DNA of 64,000 nucleotides from Eledone cirrhosa (GCA_964016885.1 OZ024743.1:112902001-112966000), one strand, 5' to 3'; numbered from the stretch's first letter, positions 1-13,325 are shown. A program made the numbers and translations. The notes: generated from the sequence alone by a model not told the origin.

Positions 1-640
1 TTATGTATATTGATGTCTTCCACATCGCTGTAGCTTTTAATGTATTTATTATCGGGGCTATCATTTTTACGGATTGCATTTTACAGTGTTTTGGCCACTA
101 TATCATGCCTCATAGGTAGATAGTACCGCGATGACATCTTTGGACAGCTGCTGATGACATGGGTGACATCTTCGATGTTAATTCTGCAGAGTCTGCACTT
201 GTTATAAGTGTTTTGCCTGCAATCCTATCTCTTTTGTGAATCAGGTATTTCGTGTTAATTTCCTGTTTTTTTTGGATTGCAAAAGCGTATCCTTCAAAGT
301 GGGATCCAATATAGCGGTTGTTGATTCAAGATAGACTACTTTCCTTATCTATATTACTCTCACTCTGGAGCTTTCTGGCAACATATCCATGCATGATTTT
401 TTTGCTGATAAAGCATGCAGTTTTTCATCCATGGATTCACTGCAATACTGCTGAGGGACTTCCCTGTGTGTGAGTTTTTGATTATCACACAGGGAATATC
501 TCTGTATGTGTGTATGTATGCATGTAAGAACCCGTGACTCCAGGTTCAGTCGTAGGGGAACTGCTGTGATTACTACGTTTCTTGGGCATTTATAAATCCT
601 GGCAGAGCCCATCCATCTCCATGTCTGGATGCAACCTATT
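1..640 (-). mobile_element. Degenerate R4/Dong-like non-LTR retrotransposon fragment (post-RT region and CCHC zinc knuckle)
   Basis: Minus-strand translation with stops and frameshifts gives DKESSLS*INNRYIGSHFEGYAFAIQ..QEINTKYL and NKCRLCRINIEDVTHVISSCPKMSSRYYLPMRHDIVAK. These motifs are typical of R4-clade RLE elements. The element continues beyond the window start. Confidence 0.75.
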
Positions 641-812
641 TATTTCACAGAAGGTGCGAGTGAGTAAGAGAGGAATTGAGAAAATGATATAGAAAATATG
701 AAAGACAAAAATTCATTCGGCGGGTTTTGATTTCAGAGAGCAGGGAGCCAAAATGAATACCGCAAAATAGTCTATCTAACGTTCTAACGATTCTGCCGAT
801 TACTGACTATGT

Positions 813-1005
813 AATAATTGTTTCTACGTTTGGCTCAAGCCCAGCAAATACCCCCAGTGTATTACTGGTGCTTTATTTTATCGACCCGGTAAGAATGAAA
901 GGCAAAGTTAACCTCGGCGGGATGTGAAATCAGAACGTAAACGGCCATAACTCTATGCTGCAAAGCATGGTGTCTGACGCTCTACCGATACTGCCAATCC
1001 AATAC
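813..1005 (-). mobile_element. tRNA-derived SINE (abundant family with GCCTTTCATCCTTACGGGGTCGATAAAATAAAGTACC central domain)
   Basis: Matches the many other copies in the window; degenerate B box. The central domain resembles the Meta/MESC-type SINE domain (assignment from memory, uncertain). Confidence 0.8.
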
Positions 1006-2249
1006 CTTTACTATGTTATAATGTCGAAGTTAATAAATAAAATTCTAGTCCAATACTAGGGTCGATTCCTCCTCTTTAAATCTGTCTCATTTCCTCCTCC
1101 CTCCTTCTCTCTCTCTTTCTCTCTCTCTCTCTCACTCTCTCTCTTTCCTTCACTGGAAGAAATCGGTTGTGATCATACCTGGAGAGGAATGGACTCCACC
1201 AGGTTTAAAATACTGAAGAAAGACAGTAGGTCAATACAGCACCCCTACCATTCTATTGAGAGTTATAGATCGATACATTCAATCATTACATAATAACTGT
1301 TTGTAACAATAATTCGCATTTTTTGCTACTTCTTTTTTGCTGTTTTGTTTTTGTTTGGTTTTTCTTTTGTTTGTTTGTTTTTGTTTTTTTTTGTTGTTTT
1401 TTTGTTGTTTTGTTGTTTTTTGTTTTGTTGTTGTTGTTTTTTTGGGGGGCGTCCTATTGACAAAATTATTAATTTAGTATTTATTCTGTCTCTACGTTTT
1501 AAGTTCAAATCTCGCCTTTCATCCTTCTCGAGCGGATAAAATAAACACACCTGTCCGAAATGGTCGGATGGCAGAATTTATGAGAGAACTAGACAAAATT
1601 CCTTGCAGTAATTGTTCTGGCTCTTTGGGTTCTGAGTTCACTATTGATTATATAGGTACCAAACGATATTGACCCTTTCCTTTCTCTTGGAAAGTGTCGG
1701 AGACGTTGAGAGAAGAAAGTTACACAGGCAATTGCAGGTCTCCTTTGAAAATCTTTACCCAATGCTCACAATAGTGAGAGATGGGGAGAGCGGGAGCGAC
1801 AGGGGCAGTAACAGTGGGAGTTTGATTATCTTATGTTCAGACCTGGTGTATATATGTCTATATAAGAGAGAATGAGTCTAAAAGCTATGGATGCCAATGG
1901 TTAGCATTGAATGAACAAAGCTTGTTTCAAGAAAAGCAGCCAGTAAAAATATTGGAACAGTTTTTTCAAGTACCTTACACAAATACATCTAAGAAAATTG
2001 TCTTGTGCTATTTAGTTATTGCCCTTGATATGTGTTAACTTCTTAAGAATATATATAATTAAGAATATATATAATTATATTCTTAAGATAAATTTATGAC
2101 TTCTTATAAAATAACTTATGGTTTATGTTTTAATCATATTCTTAAGATAAAAATTCTTTTAACTTTATAACATTTATGACTCCTCATAAAATTTTTTATT
2201 AAAAAAATTTTTTTTAATTTTTTTATGTATACTTGGAGTCATTTGAGTT

Positions 2250-2460
2250 CTTAAAAAATCACTTCTAACTTCCTTTATACTTCCTTACTGTTTTTATAAT
2301 CTAATTAAGTAGTTATTCCTATGTAAACTCGTACATTTTCATAAATTTGGAATTATTTGAATGTTTAAGTTTTGACTTACAACTATTAATAAATATAATT
2401 TTGCCAAACTTACTTTAATCAAATAAACTATACTAGATTTTCTCCAATGTAAAATACTAT
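2250..2460 (-). pseudogene. Possible degenerate GIY-YIG endonuclease of a Penelope-like element
   Basis: Minus strand reads KSSIVYLIKVS and then, after a frameshift, NVRVYIGITT, resembling the VY...YIG motifs of PLE endonucleases. The region is very AT-rich and interrupted. Confidence 0.35.
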
Positions 2461-3125
2461 TCATTTAAATAATTTATAATCCATAACATACCCATCTAAA
2501 CCAATATATTATTACTAATACAACTTAATATAATATAAATACTTCTGTTTTCATTTTCATTTTTTATTTGAATATTAATATTAAATTAAATTTTTAATAT
2601 TAAAGTAAATTTTAATCTTTAATTTTGATTTTTAATTTTTAATTTTTAATTTTTATTTTAAATAATATTTTTAAATATTTAATTTTCAACTTATCATTAT
2701 AAATATTATAATATTATAATCACAACGTAATGAACCCTACATTCTGAATATTATTCTTTCGCGTTAATTTTATTTCTTCTTTCACCTCTTCTTTCACTTA
2801 GATATATGTACGTCCTGTATATTCTTCCATTAACATTTATTTCCTCGTTCACTTTGATTATCTTCACTATCACTATGTATAATCGTTCTTTCTTTCTTCT
2901 CTCGTTCTCCTTCCTTTTCTTCTCTCTCCCTTACATATCCTCTTCTTCCAACAGTTTAATTTAAATAAACCGTTATCTTCTCAATTTTTCGGACACTCAT
3001 TTGCATACTCACTTATAACTTTGTATTACCCTCAATAAAATATTATCTCCACTATCCAGGAAGCTCCAACCGTTGTGGTTGTCTTTTTTCCGGGTATGTC
3101 AATATTTATTTATAAAACAAATCTG

Positions 3126-3191
3126 TATTTTATCTGATGAAAGCGCACCATAATTTGCCTTAGTTGCCCTTCAAATATATATAATAAAATA
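3126..3191 (+). ncRNA. Degenerate type I hammerhead ribozyme (G12 replaced by C)
   Basis: Stem I TATTTTAT/ATAAAATA (8 bp), CTGATGA at 3134-3140, imperfect stem II AAGCGCACC/GTTGCCCTT, CAAA instead of GAAA, palindromic stem III ATATATAT, cleavage triplet ATA. Confidence 0.55.
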
Positions 3192-3235
3192 AATATGGTT
3201 TTATAAATATAGTTTCCATTTATTAATATATTGTA

Positions 3236-3286
<51 letters not shown>

Positions 3287-3289
<3 letters not shown>

Positions 3290-3471
3290 AACGAGTAGGA
3301 CCCCGACGGCTGAGCTCAAGCCGTTTCGACGGGTAATTCTGGAATTAACCGTCGAAACGGCTTGAGCTCAGCCGTCGGGGTCCTACTCGTTCCTATTATC
3401 CACTCTACTACCCTAAGTATTGAGTACTTTGGTGCGTTATGGTCTATCTGGTTCCTTACCACATTTCCTTC

Positions 3472-3473
<2 letters not shown>
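3287..3473 (+). mobile_element. TA-embedded PLE-like terminal repeat fragment (family F) with fold-back inversion and 3' part of a hammerhead
   Basis: Perfect inverted arms at about 3289-3332 and 3349-3392. Stem II GACGG.TAATTC/GAATTA.CCGTC, GAAA at 3354, stem III ACGGCT/AGCCGT, GTC at 3374-3376. The CTGANGA box is absent. A second fragment lies at 48878-48936. Confidence 0.7.
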
Positions 3474-3534
<61 letters not shown>

Positions 3535-3836
3535 ATAAATGCGAAACAAGGCCTTGTCGGCTTATCTCCCCTTGTTTGCTGAGATTAAGGTAAGTTAGTT
3601 TGTCACTACTCTAAAACAATAGCATACGGTCTTCAAAATGCTTTTAATTAAGCATAAAGTGTATTGCAAAATACATTATATATACATTCATATATATATT
3701 GCTATTTCAGAGCTCCAATTCTAATTTTTAATTTCTGCCTGACCGGCAACCGCTCTGTATAATCAGTTCCTGATTATTTACTAGAATTCTATAAGAATAT
3801 AACATCAGTGATCTCAGTAGAAAGGAGGGAGTAGTT

Positions 3837-3881
3837 AGCCTTGATAAGCATCAATAATTGCGAAACAAGGCCTTATCGGCT
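3837..3881 (+). ncRNA. Type I hammerhead ribozyme, U3-A8 variant (copy with stem III mismatch, AUC site)
   Basis: AGCC-TTGATAA-GCA(tcaataat)TGC-GAAA-CAAGGCCTT-ATC-GGCT. Confidence 0.7.
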
Positions 3882-4155
3882 TATCTCCCCCTGTTTGCTG
3901 AGATTAAAGTAAGTGAGTTTGTCACTACTCTAAAACAATAGCATACGGTCTTCAAAATGCTTTTAATTAAGCATAAAGTGTATTGCAAAATACATTATAT
4001 ATACATTCATATATATATTGCTATTTCAGAGCTCCAATTCTAATTTTTAATTTCTGCCTGACCGGCAACCGCTCTGTATAATCAGTTCCTGATTATTTAC
4101 TAGAATTCTATAAGAATATAACATCAGTGATCTCAGTAGACAGGAGGGAGTAGTT

Positions 4156-4200
4156 AGCCTTGATAAGCATCAATAAATGCGAAACAAGGCCTTGTCGGCT
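4156..4200 (+). ncRNA. Type I hammerhead ribozyme, U3-A8 core variant
   Basis: Stem I AGCC/GGCT, core TTGATAA, stem II GCAT/ATGC with CAATAA loop, GAAA, 12-nt palindromic stem III ACAAGGCCTTGT. Predicted cleavage after GTC (4196). Confidence 0.85.
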
Positions 4201-4361
4201 TATCTACCCTTGTTTGCTGAGATTAAAGTAAGTGAGTTTGTCACTACTCTAAAACAATAGCATACGGTCTTCAAAATGCTTTTAATTAAGCATTAAGTGT
4301 ATTGCAAAATACATTATATATACATTCATATATATATTGCTATTTCAGAGCTCCAATTCTA

Positions 4362-4486
<125 letters not shown>

Positions 4487-4757
4487 TGTGTGTGTGTGTG
4501 TGTGTGTGTATAGAATTACAATTTAGCTTCAGGCATAGTTGTATACTGGTATGTATTAGAATTTCATATTTCAGAAGAAATACGGTATGTTTATAATAAA
4601 CATAAAGAGAGCCGTAGCTATGTATATAAAATTTAGAATGGTTGTCCAAAAAGGAACAGAAAATAACCACATTTATAAAAGGGTCGCTATACATTAGTGG
4701 AGAGGGTACATAGTTATTTTCGTTTGTTTGAAATCATATAAAATACACACACATACA

Positions 4758-4822
<65 letters not shown>

Positions 4823-4825
4823 GAA

Positions 4826-5020
4826 TAACCAGATGAGAGAAAAACCACAAACCCTCTATCTCAATTCTACTTTTCAAAAGCATAACAACTGTGAAACCGG
4901 TAAAGGTAACAAATAAATATTCTTAAAAAGACTCCTGTTGCATTTTCGATTTCTTTTCCTTATACTTTCACTCGTGTAGGACATCTCGTTTTTTTTTTTT
5001 TTCATTTCAAAATAAACCTC
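4826..5020 (+). mobile_element. Fragment of microsatellite-embedded family C repeat
   Basis: GAAAAACCACAAACCCTC...ACCGGTAAAGG...GTTGCATTTTCGATT is shared with the copies at 19659-20032, 32140-33320 and 49036-49360. Confidence 0.75.
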
Positions 5021-5109
5021 ATGTTCTTATATGTATATATATATATATACAGGGTTTCTCCAAAAATACACTCTTCAACACCACTCTAATCAAAGTATAT
5101 ATATATATA

Positions 5110-6005
5110 CTAACCGAATTACCCGCGCCTTGCTGCGTTTCACACATTTTTTGTAAGAAAATGATGATTGATTTTAAATCAGTGATATAATTTATGGAGA
5201 AAAATTCAATATTACTCAATGTAAAATGTAATGCATGAAAAATTGGAAAACATTATTTTTTAACATAATAAATACATGAAAATATATTTCATACTTTGTC
5301 CTAATGAAGAACTTCAGGGTAAACAACATTTCTTGTCTTTCTTTGATTGGCTAAAATGTAGAGATTTTTTGAAGTTCCAGTCCTTGAAAGCCACATAAAA
5401 CATGCCATGACTGAAACATGGGTTTGTCAGATCTATACCAATAGTTTTGAAAGGTTGACCTTGACTCTTATTGAAGCTCATGGCAAAGCATGGCCTCACT
5501 GGGAAATGCAGCCTCTTAAATGTAAAAGGCAACTCGCTATCACTTGATATAAGTGGAATCCTCGGAATGAGAAGAACTTGACATTTGTAAGCCCAGAATA
5601 TAATGGTTGCTTCAATCAAGTTCTCATACAATCTTGTTACAACATATCTTGTTCCATTTATTAGCCAAATTTTTCACTATTGGGGGTTTAACCCCCATTA
5701 GGGTGTCTTAATATTATTGAAATTTGCTAAAAGTTTGTTAATAGGCATCATATCTTGACATTTACCTATGGTTTAAATTTCATATAAATCGAAGGGAAAA
5801 CATTTTCAGCGGGGGTTTTCAGTGGGGGTTTGTGCCCCCGGAGAACGCTTTGATGAAAATGAAATATACTTATCCAAGTACCCTGGGCAATGTAGTTTCA
5901 GAATATATGTGGTTATGGGCGTCTATCTCCAAAACCATAGGAGGAGTTCGTGAACAAACAAACAAAAAAACAAACAGACAGGAACTAGAACTTTATATAT
6001 AGAGA
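5110..6005 (-). mobile_element. Non-autonomous Helitron with PIF1 helicase C-terminal fragment
   Basis: 5' A|TC at 6005. The 3' end has a GC-rich subterminal segment followed by TTAG|T at 5110. ORF 5314-5631 contains RLHFPVRPCFAMSFNKSQGQ..IGIDL..CFSHGMFYVA (PIF1/Helitron helicase C-terminal motifs). Confidence 0.85.
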
Positions 6006-7212
6006 TGTGTGTGTATCAGGGTAGACCAGACACATATTTGTACACACATAGAGGGGTCCAAGGGCATGTTTGTTGCGTGTGCTTATTGTGTTCTTAGCAC
6101 GTTGGCAATCTTACGCTATTGCTGTTTTAGACAATCATTTGTATCAAGGAAAAATCTAAATTTCTATTTAGTATCACATAAATTAAATGATTTCTTTTTA
6201 CCACTCAGAGCAGTAAAAAAAACATTTTGAATCCTAAACGTCTACTGAAGTATTTTTTATACAACAAAATAATGTTTATCTCCACTTGTGAAGGTAAAAC
6301 ATGTCTAATAGTCTTGCAATAGAATTCATCACTATGGCTTTGGTGAGATGAAAGTTTTATGATGTATTACTTAATTACAGCTATGTGAATTACCTCATAG
6401 AAATAACAGGCTTTTAAGCCAACACAGTGCTATACTGTTTTATGTTTGGTTGTTTTGTTTGTTTTATTTTTTCAACTTCGACAGCATAACACAAAGTTGA
6501 CCGCGGCAGGATTTGAACTCAGGGAACAGAAAGACGGTACAAATACCGCACCAGAATCGTAATTCAAATATTCGACATTTTGGTTACCCTGCCAATACAA
6601 GGAAGAGGTAGTATGATATACAGATGTGTTGGTTTCAAACATACGTACAAGGTCACAGACATTTGTATGGAGTGTAGAACTGTTTATATTGACCGCAGTA
6701 CTTCAATGTTATATGTTGAAATACAAAATTGACTATGGCAGGAATTGAACTCAGAGCCATTGTGAAAGAAAGCACATAAGATTTTAGAAACATTTTGAAA
6801 TTTATCAAAACGGTTTGATACTAACTACAGACATGTTGTTAGACGGTTTTATATGAAAGGGGTTAGCAAGCCGTAACTAACCATGGTCGGGCATTTTATT
6901 CGACTTTGTATCGTTTCTTCCAATCTCTCCACCACCACGACCCAATTATACATATTAATATAATAAAGAGACTTTCGAAATAGTAAACAGTAAAACCTTT
7001 CTAGGCGGTAATTTAATAGGTTGTACGGCTTGGGAATCTACCTTAATTATTCTAATGTTTATATATCCATTATTGATATAGTTGTAATTTTTGTGTGTAA
7101 AGCTGGGGATGAAGGGGAATAATATATAGATACCAAAATTTTAAACTAGGGAGATGGGTATTTAAACAGAAAGAGAGAGATATATACACATATATAATGA
7201 ATATATATATGG

Positions 7213-7470
7213 TATTAGTATTGGTGCTCTGAAATAGCGATGTATACACGAATGTATGTATAGTATATTTGGCAATCTACTGTATGTTTAGGGTTAAAAC
7301 ATTTTGAAGACCATTCGCTGAGTTTTAATTTAGTGACTATATCACTTACTTATTCTCAGCAATAAGTAAGTGACATAGTCACTACTTTAAAACTCATAGC
7401 GAATGGTCTTCAAAATGTTTTAAATTAAACATACAGTATATTGACAGATATATTATACATACATTCGTAT
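7213..7470. mobile_element. Fold-back copy of family A 3' region (diverged)
   Basis: Inverted arms around 7370. GGTCTTCAAAATG, AGTAAGTGA..GTCACTA and GCTATTTCAGAGCACCAATACTAAT match the 319-bp unit. Confidence 0.7.
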
Positions 7471-7699
7471 ATATATATATGTTTTTTTATGTTTTATGTG
7501 TATACGTTCGTATGTGTGCGGGTACAGGCGTTGCGTAGGTTTTTGTATGTGCATGCGTGTTTTTTTGTGTACGTGCTTGTATTTTCATACCCATGGCGGG
7601 GTGTTTTCGCGTATGCATGTGTATCTACGTATATGGATGCGTGCATGTATATATTTAATTATTGTTGATTTCAACAACCTCTATAATTTATTTACATTA

Positions 7700-8752
7700 T
7701 TCTTAACTCTGAAGCCGAGAATCATTCGGTTTCCTAAATAGAATTTTAGTCTACAACTTCAGTTATACCATTAACGTGGTTTTGTCTTTGCGTGTAATTG
7801 TTCTCAACGTTCCACATAATGACGTATTATCTTCATTTTTTTTTCGTTCATTGCCAGAGAACGTCTTCACGAACCACCTAATAGAATATTAGTCTACGAG
7901 GGCAAAAGGCCAGATAGCATGACGATCTTCCCGTTCAGCGGTGGCAAACCCCTTGTCTGGGATGCCACTTGCACCGACACTTTCTGCAGCCGCAACCTGG
8001 TGGAGTCTGCGACTGACCCAAGTTCTGCTGCACGTCGGGCTGAGGGGGCCAAACTCCTCAAATACCGGTCGCTCTCCGACAGGTTTGCGGTCGTACCCTC
8101 TGGCAGTGGAGACATCTGGTGCCCTCGGCCCCAGGGTTACCTCCTTACTCACCACCATAGGCGTTGAGCTGACCAGCCGCAGGTGTGAGCCCCGCGAGTT
8201 GGAATGGCTTTTCCAGCGCGTCTCCCTTGCCGTCCTCCGGGGAAACGCCTTCTCCATTCTGTCCACCGGGGCTATGGGTGGCCCCATCGCGTACCAATAC
8301 ATTAGTTAAATACCATTCTTTCATCTGATATATGTACACATATAGTCCGTATGACACAATTAATAAACTAAAAGAAGGTTTTAATTGTATATATGTATTT
8401 ATACCATAAACGTGGTTTTGTCTTTGCGTGTAATTGTTTTAACCGCTCCAAACAATAACGTATTATCTTCGTTTTTTTCCGTTCTTTGCCAGGGAACGTT
8501 TCCACGAACCAAAGTATCGTCTTCCTGTCTTACTTCGGTGGCAATGTTTTTCAAAATATTTACTTCTGCGTTCACAGATTGATTTTATTAGTTTCAGAAG
8601 ATCCCGTTATGGGTGAAAGAAGCGATTCTTTGCTTAAACTTTAATCTGTTATTTTAATAAATATTTGCTCTACGGTTCTTATATATTTTATATATATTTA
8701 TCCTTATCGAGGACTCTTTGGATATTAGTCTTCAAATGTTATTATTGTTACT
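7700..8752 (+). mobile_element. Family D TA-associated repeat interrupted by a CRE-like insertion
   Basis: Segments 7700-7893 and 8398-8752 are colinear with the uninterrupted copy at 48315-48865. Confidence 0.75.
7894..8395 (+). mobile_element. CRE-clade-like non-LTR retrotransposon 3' fragment (restriction-like endonuclease)
   Basis: GKRPDSMTIFPFSGGKPLVWDATCTDT...AE..K..KY...LAVETSG...WLFQRVSLAVLRGN with one frameshift, followed by a probable 3' UTR with AATAAA. Confidence 0.8.
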
Positions 8753-8755
8753 ATA

Positions 8756-8835
<80 letters not shown>

Positions 8836-8839
<4 letters not shown>

Positions 8840-8950
8840 TGAAACAAAATGAAAACGAAATTTCATTTCTCACTCTTAGTATGGCACTTACTTAAATGTA
8901 AGTATGCATGTATACGTACATACATATATGTATACAGACGTACAGTAGCA

Positions 8951-9026
<76 letters not shown>

Positions 9027-10075
9027 TATATACATATGCATACAGGTACACATACATATATGCACGTATCAGTTTAGCGGCGCTTATTATAACGTCGCTT
9101 TGTTCGTTTGTAAACAAACTGAACAGCCTGAATTTATGCCATACGGTGTTAAGGCAACCACGTCACCTTTTTGTTCAACACTGACACAGGAACGATGTAC
9201 TAGTTTCAAGCTTGTTAGCTATCGTCAGCACCGTTTACCCATCTGCCAGATAGTTGAACGTTCGAAAGTATATACTTTCCTTATGAAAATTAAAGGCTGA
9301 GCAGCCTAATTTGCATATTGAGTGAGTTAAATCGGTCAGGCATACCGAAAACGATAAATTGAAACAAAATGAAAACGAAATTTCATTTCTCACTCTTAGT
9401 ATGGCACTTACTTAAATGTAAGTATGCATGTATACGTACATACATATATGTATACAGACGTACAGTAGCATGCATATATATATATATACATATATATATA
9501 CATATGCATACAGGTACACATACATATATGCACGTATCAGTTTAGCGGCGCTTATTATAACGTCGCTTTGTTCGTTTGTAAACAAACTGAACAGCCTGAA
9601 TTTATGCCATACGGTGTTAAGGCAACCACGTCACCTTTTTGTTCAACACTGACACAGGAACGATGTACTAGTTTCAAGCTTGTTAGCTATCATCAGCACC
9701 GTTTACCCATCTGCCAGATAGTTGAACGTTCGAAAGTATATACTTTCCTTATGAAAATTAACGGCTGAGCAGCCTAATTTGCATATTGAGTGAGTTAAAT
9801 CGGTCAGGCATACCGAAAACGATAAATTGAAACAAAATGAAAACGAAATTTCATTTCTCACTCTTAGTATGGCACTTACTTAAATGTAAGTATGCATGTA
9901 TACGTACATACATATATGTATACAGACGTACAGTAGCATACATATATATATATATATATACATATATATATACATATGCATACAGGTACACATACATATA
10001 TGCACGTATCAGTTTAGCGGCGCTTATTATAACGTCGCTTTGTTCGTTTGTAAACAAACTGAACAGCGTGAATTT

Positions 10076-10081
<6 letters not shown>
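8836..10081 (+). repeat. Head-to-tail ~470-bp structured units, about 2.5 copies (family B)
   Basis: AAATTGAAACAAAATGAAAACG recurs at about 8836, 9356 and 9825. Flanked by (TA)n; many hairpins. Confidence 0.85.
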
Positions 10082-10394
<313 letters not shown>

Positions 10395-10395
10395 T

Positions 10396-10496
<101 letters not shown>

Positions 10497-10689
10497 ATAT
10501 GTATATATTTATATATATATATGTATATATTTATATATATATATGTATATATTTATATATATATATGTATATATATATGTATATATTTATATATATATAT
10601 ATGTATATATTTATATATATATGTATATATTTATATATAGATATATAGATATATATATATATGTATATATTTATATATATGTATATATT

Positions 10690-10784
<95 letters not shown>

Positions 10785-10838
10785 TTATTAAAATAACAGA
10801 TTAAAATAACAGATTAATCTGTTATTTTAATAAATATT

Positions 10839-10901
<63 letters not shown>

Positions 10902-10930
10902 GTATATATTTATATATATATGTATATATT

Positions 10931-11565
<635 letters not shown>

Positions 11566-11681
11566 TATATATATGTATACATATATATGTCTGTATGCTT
11601 AAAGTAAACGGAAACTTCAAAGAACACAACACAGTGCAATGAAGAAATATATTAGTTTAACTTTGATATAATAGGAAAAGA

Positions 11682-11719
11682 GTCTTTACGTTTCAGACAC
11701 TAGTCCTTCATCAGAAGAC
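11682..11719 (-). ncRNA. Minimal type I hammerhead ribozyme (family E, PLE type)
   Basis: Minus strand GTCTT-CTGATGA-A-GGAC(TAGT)GTCT-GAAACGTA-AAGAC: 5-bp stem I, palindromic ACGT stem III, GUA cleavage site. Confidence 0.8.
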
Positions 11720-12031
11720 AGGACGAGAAATAAAAGATGAGAAAGAAAGATAGAGAGTAAAAGGAAGGAAAAAGAATGTTTTTAAGAAAAAAGCACGTAT
11801 GTAACAGGTAAAATACCGATCTCTATACTATGAACACTTCATATATGTGTGTATATATTTATATATATTTATGTATATATATATATATATATATATAGGC
11901 AGTTGTTACGAGTTGCTCCCTTCTGGACCATCTTTGAGATCTCGGGATATGCAAACTTTGTGCAACCATCACATGCCGCCCAGGATCGGTCACAGATCTA
12001 TCACCAGTTCTCCGAGCGTTGGATTGAGACT

Positions 12032-12114
<83 letters not shown>

Positions 12115-12141
12115 ATGTGTGTGTAGATACTTTATTTTTTT

Positions 12142-12189
<48 letters not shown>

Positions 12190-12252
12190 GATACTTTATT
12201 TTTTTTTATATATATATATGTATATGTGTGTGTGTGTGTATGTATATATATG

Positions 12253-12287
<35 letters not shown>

Positions 12288-12289
12288 GT

Positions 12290-12480
12290 AAAATGTAAAC
12301 AGAAAAACAACACAGACGGTACAGTATATGGAAGGAATATATTAAGTTAAAGTTTTGGACGCTAGTCCTTCATCAGAAGAAAGAATGAGAAATCAGATAG
12401 ATTGAAGGGACGGGCGGGATGGAATTGGAAAAAAAGTCTTTAGATAAAAATAGCAGATGTCAACATTCATGTTGACATCT
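12290..12480 (-). mobile_element. Family E repeat with disrupted hammerhead
   Basis: CTGATGAAGGACTAGCGTCCAAAAC (G12 lost, downstream deletion). Otherwise similar to 59370-59650. Confidence 0.7.
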
Positions 12481-12511
12481 CTTGGAAAATATATATATAT
12501 ATATATATATA

Positions 12512-12725
12512 TATTGGAAAATGTGTGAGATCCTTGGTACAGTTAGGTATATTTGAAAAAAAGGAAAAGAATGACTTCACTTGTAGTGTTAAAACATTTT
12601 TTGATTTAATTTTATAATATTATATCATGAGTTGGTTGATCTACCAACTCATAATATTATAATATTGTAAAATTAAATCAAAAAAATGTTTTAACACTAC
12701 AAGTGTTTTCCTTTTTTTCAAAAAT
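12512..12725. repeat. TA-embedded fold-back element (family J)
   Basis: Inverted arms at about 12551-12636 and 12643-12724 around GAGTTGGTTGATCTACCAACTC. The minus strand ends TTTTCCAAT|ATAT. Confidence 0.7.
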
Positions 12726-12777
12726 ATATATATATGCATATATATGCACATATATATGCATACCTTTTCACGCACAC

Positions 12778-12814
<37 letters not shown>

Positions 12815-12818
<4 letters not shown>

Positions 12819-13322
12819 GGAAAAAATGAAACGAAATTTCATTTCCCACTCTTAGTACGGTTGTTACTTAAATATAAGTATGTACACGTACATACATATA
12901 TGTATACAGAAGTACAGTAGCATGTATATATATATACATACATGCACACATATATATATATGTACGTATGGATTCACCGAACATTTATTATAATGCTCGG
13001 TGTGTTTGTAAGCAAACATCCCGTATTAAGCCGTAGTGTCTAGCAACCATCGTTGCTCGTTTGTTCAACACTGACAAAGGAACGCTGTACTAGTTTCAAG
13101 CTTATTAGTTATCGTCAGCAACGTATACCTTCCTGCCAGATTGTTGAACGTATATACTTACCTTATGCATATTAACGGCTGAGTAGCCCAATTTGCATAT
13201 CGATTATAATAAATGTTCGGTGAATCCATACGTACATATATATATATATGTGTGCATGTATGTACATATATATACATACTACTGTACGTCTGTATACATA
13301 TATGTATGTACGTGTACATACT

Positions 13323-13325
<3 letters not shown>
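12815..13325 (+). mobile_element. Family B diverged subfamily with terminal inversion
   Basis: Homologous to 8836-10081. Segment 13203-13325 is an inverted copy of about 12873-12992. Confidence 0.8.

Noticed and set aside
8590-8630. Hammerhead-like CAGAAGA-TCCC..GGGT-GAAAG in family D (also about 47550-47590 and 48705-48745)
   Set aside because: U4 is A in all three copies, and there is no stem I pairing or valid NUH. At most a vestige.
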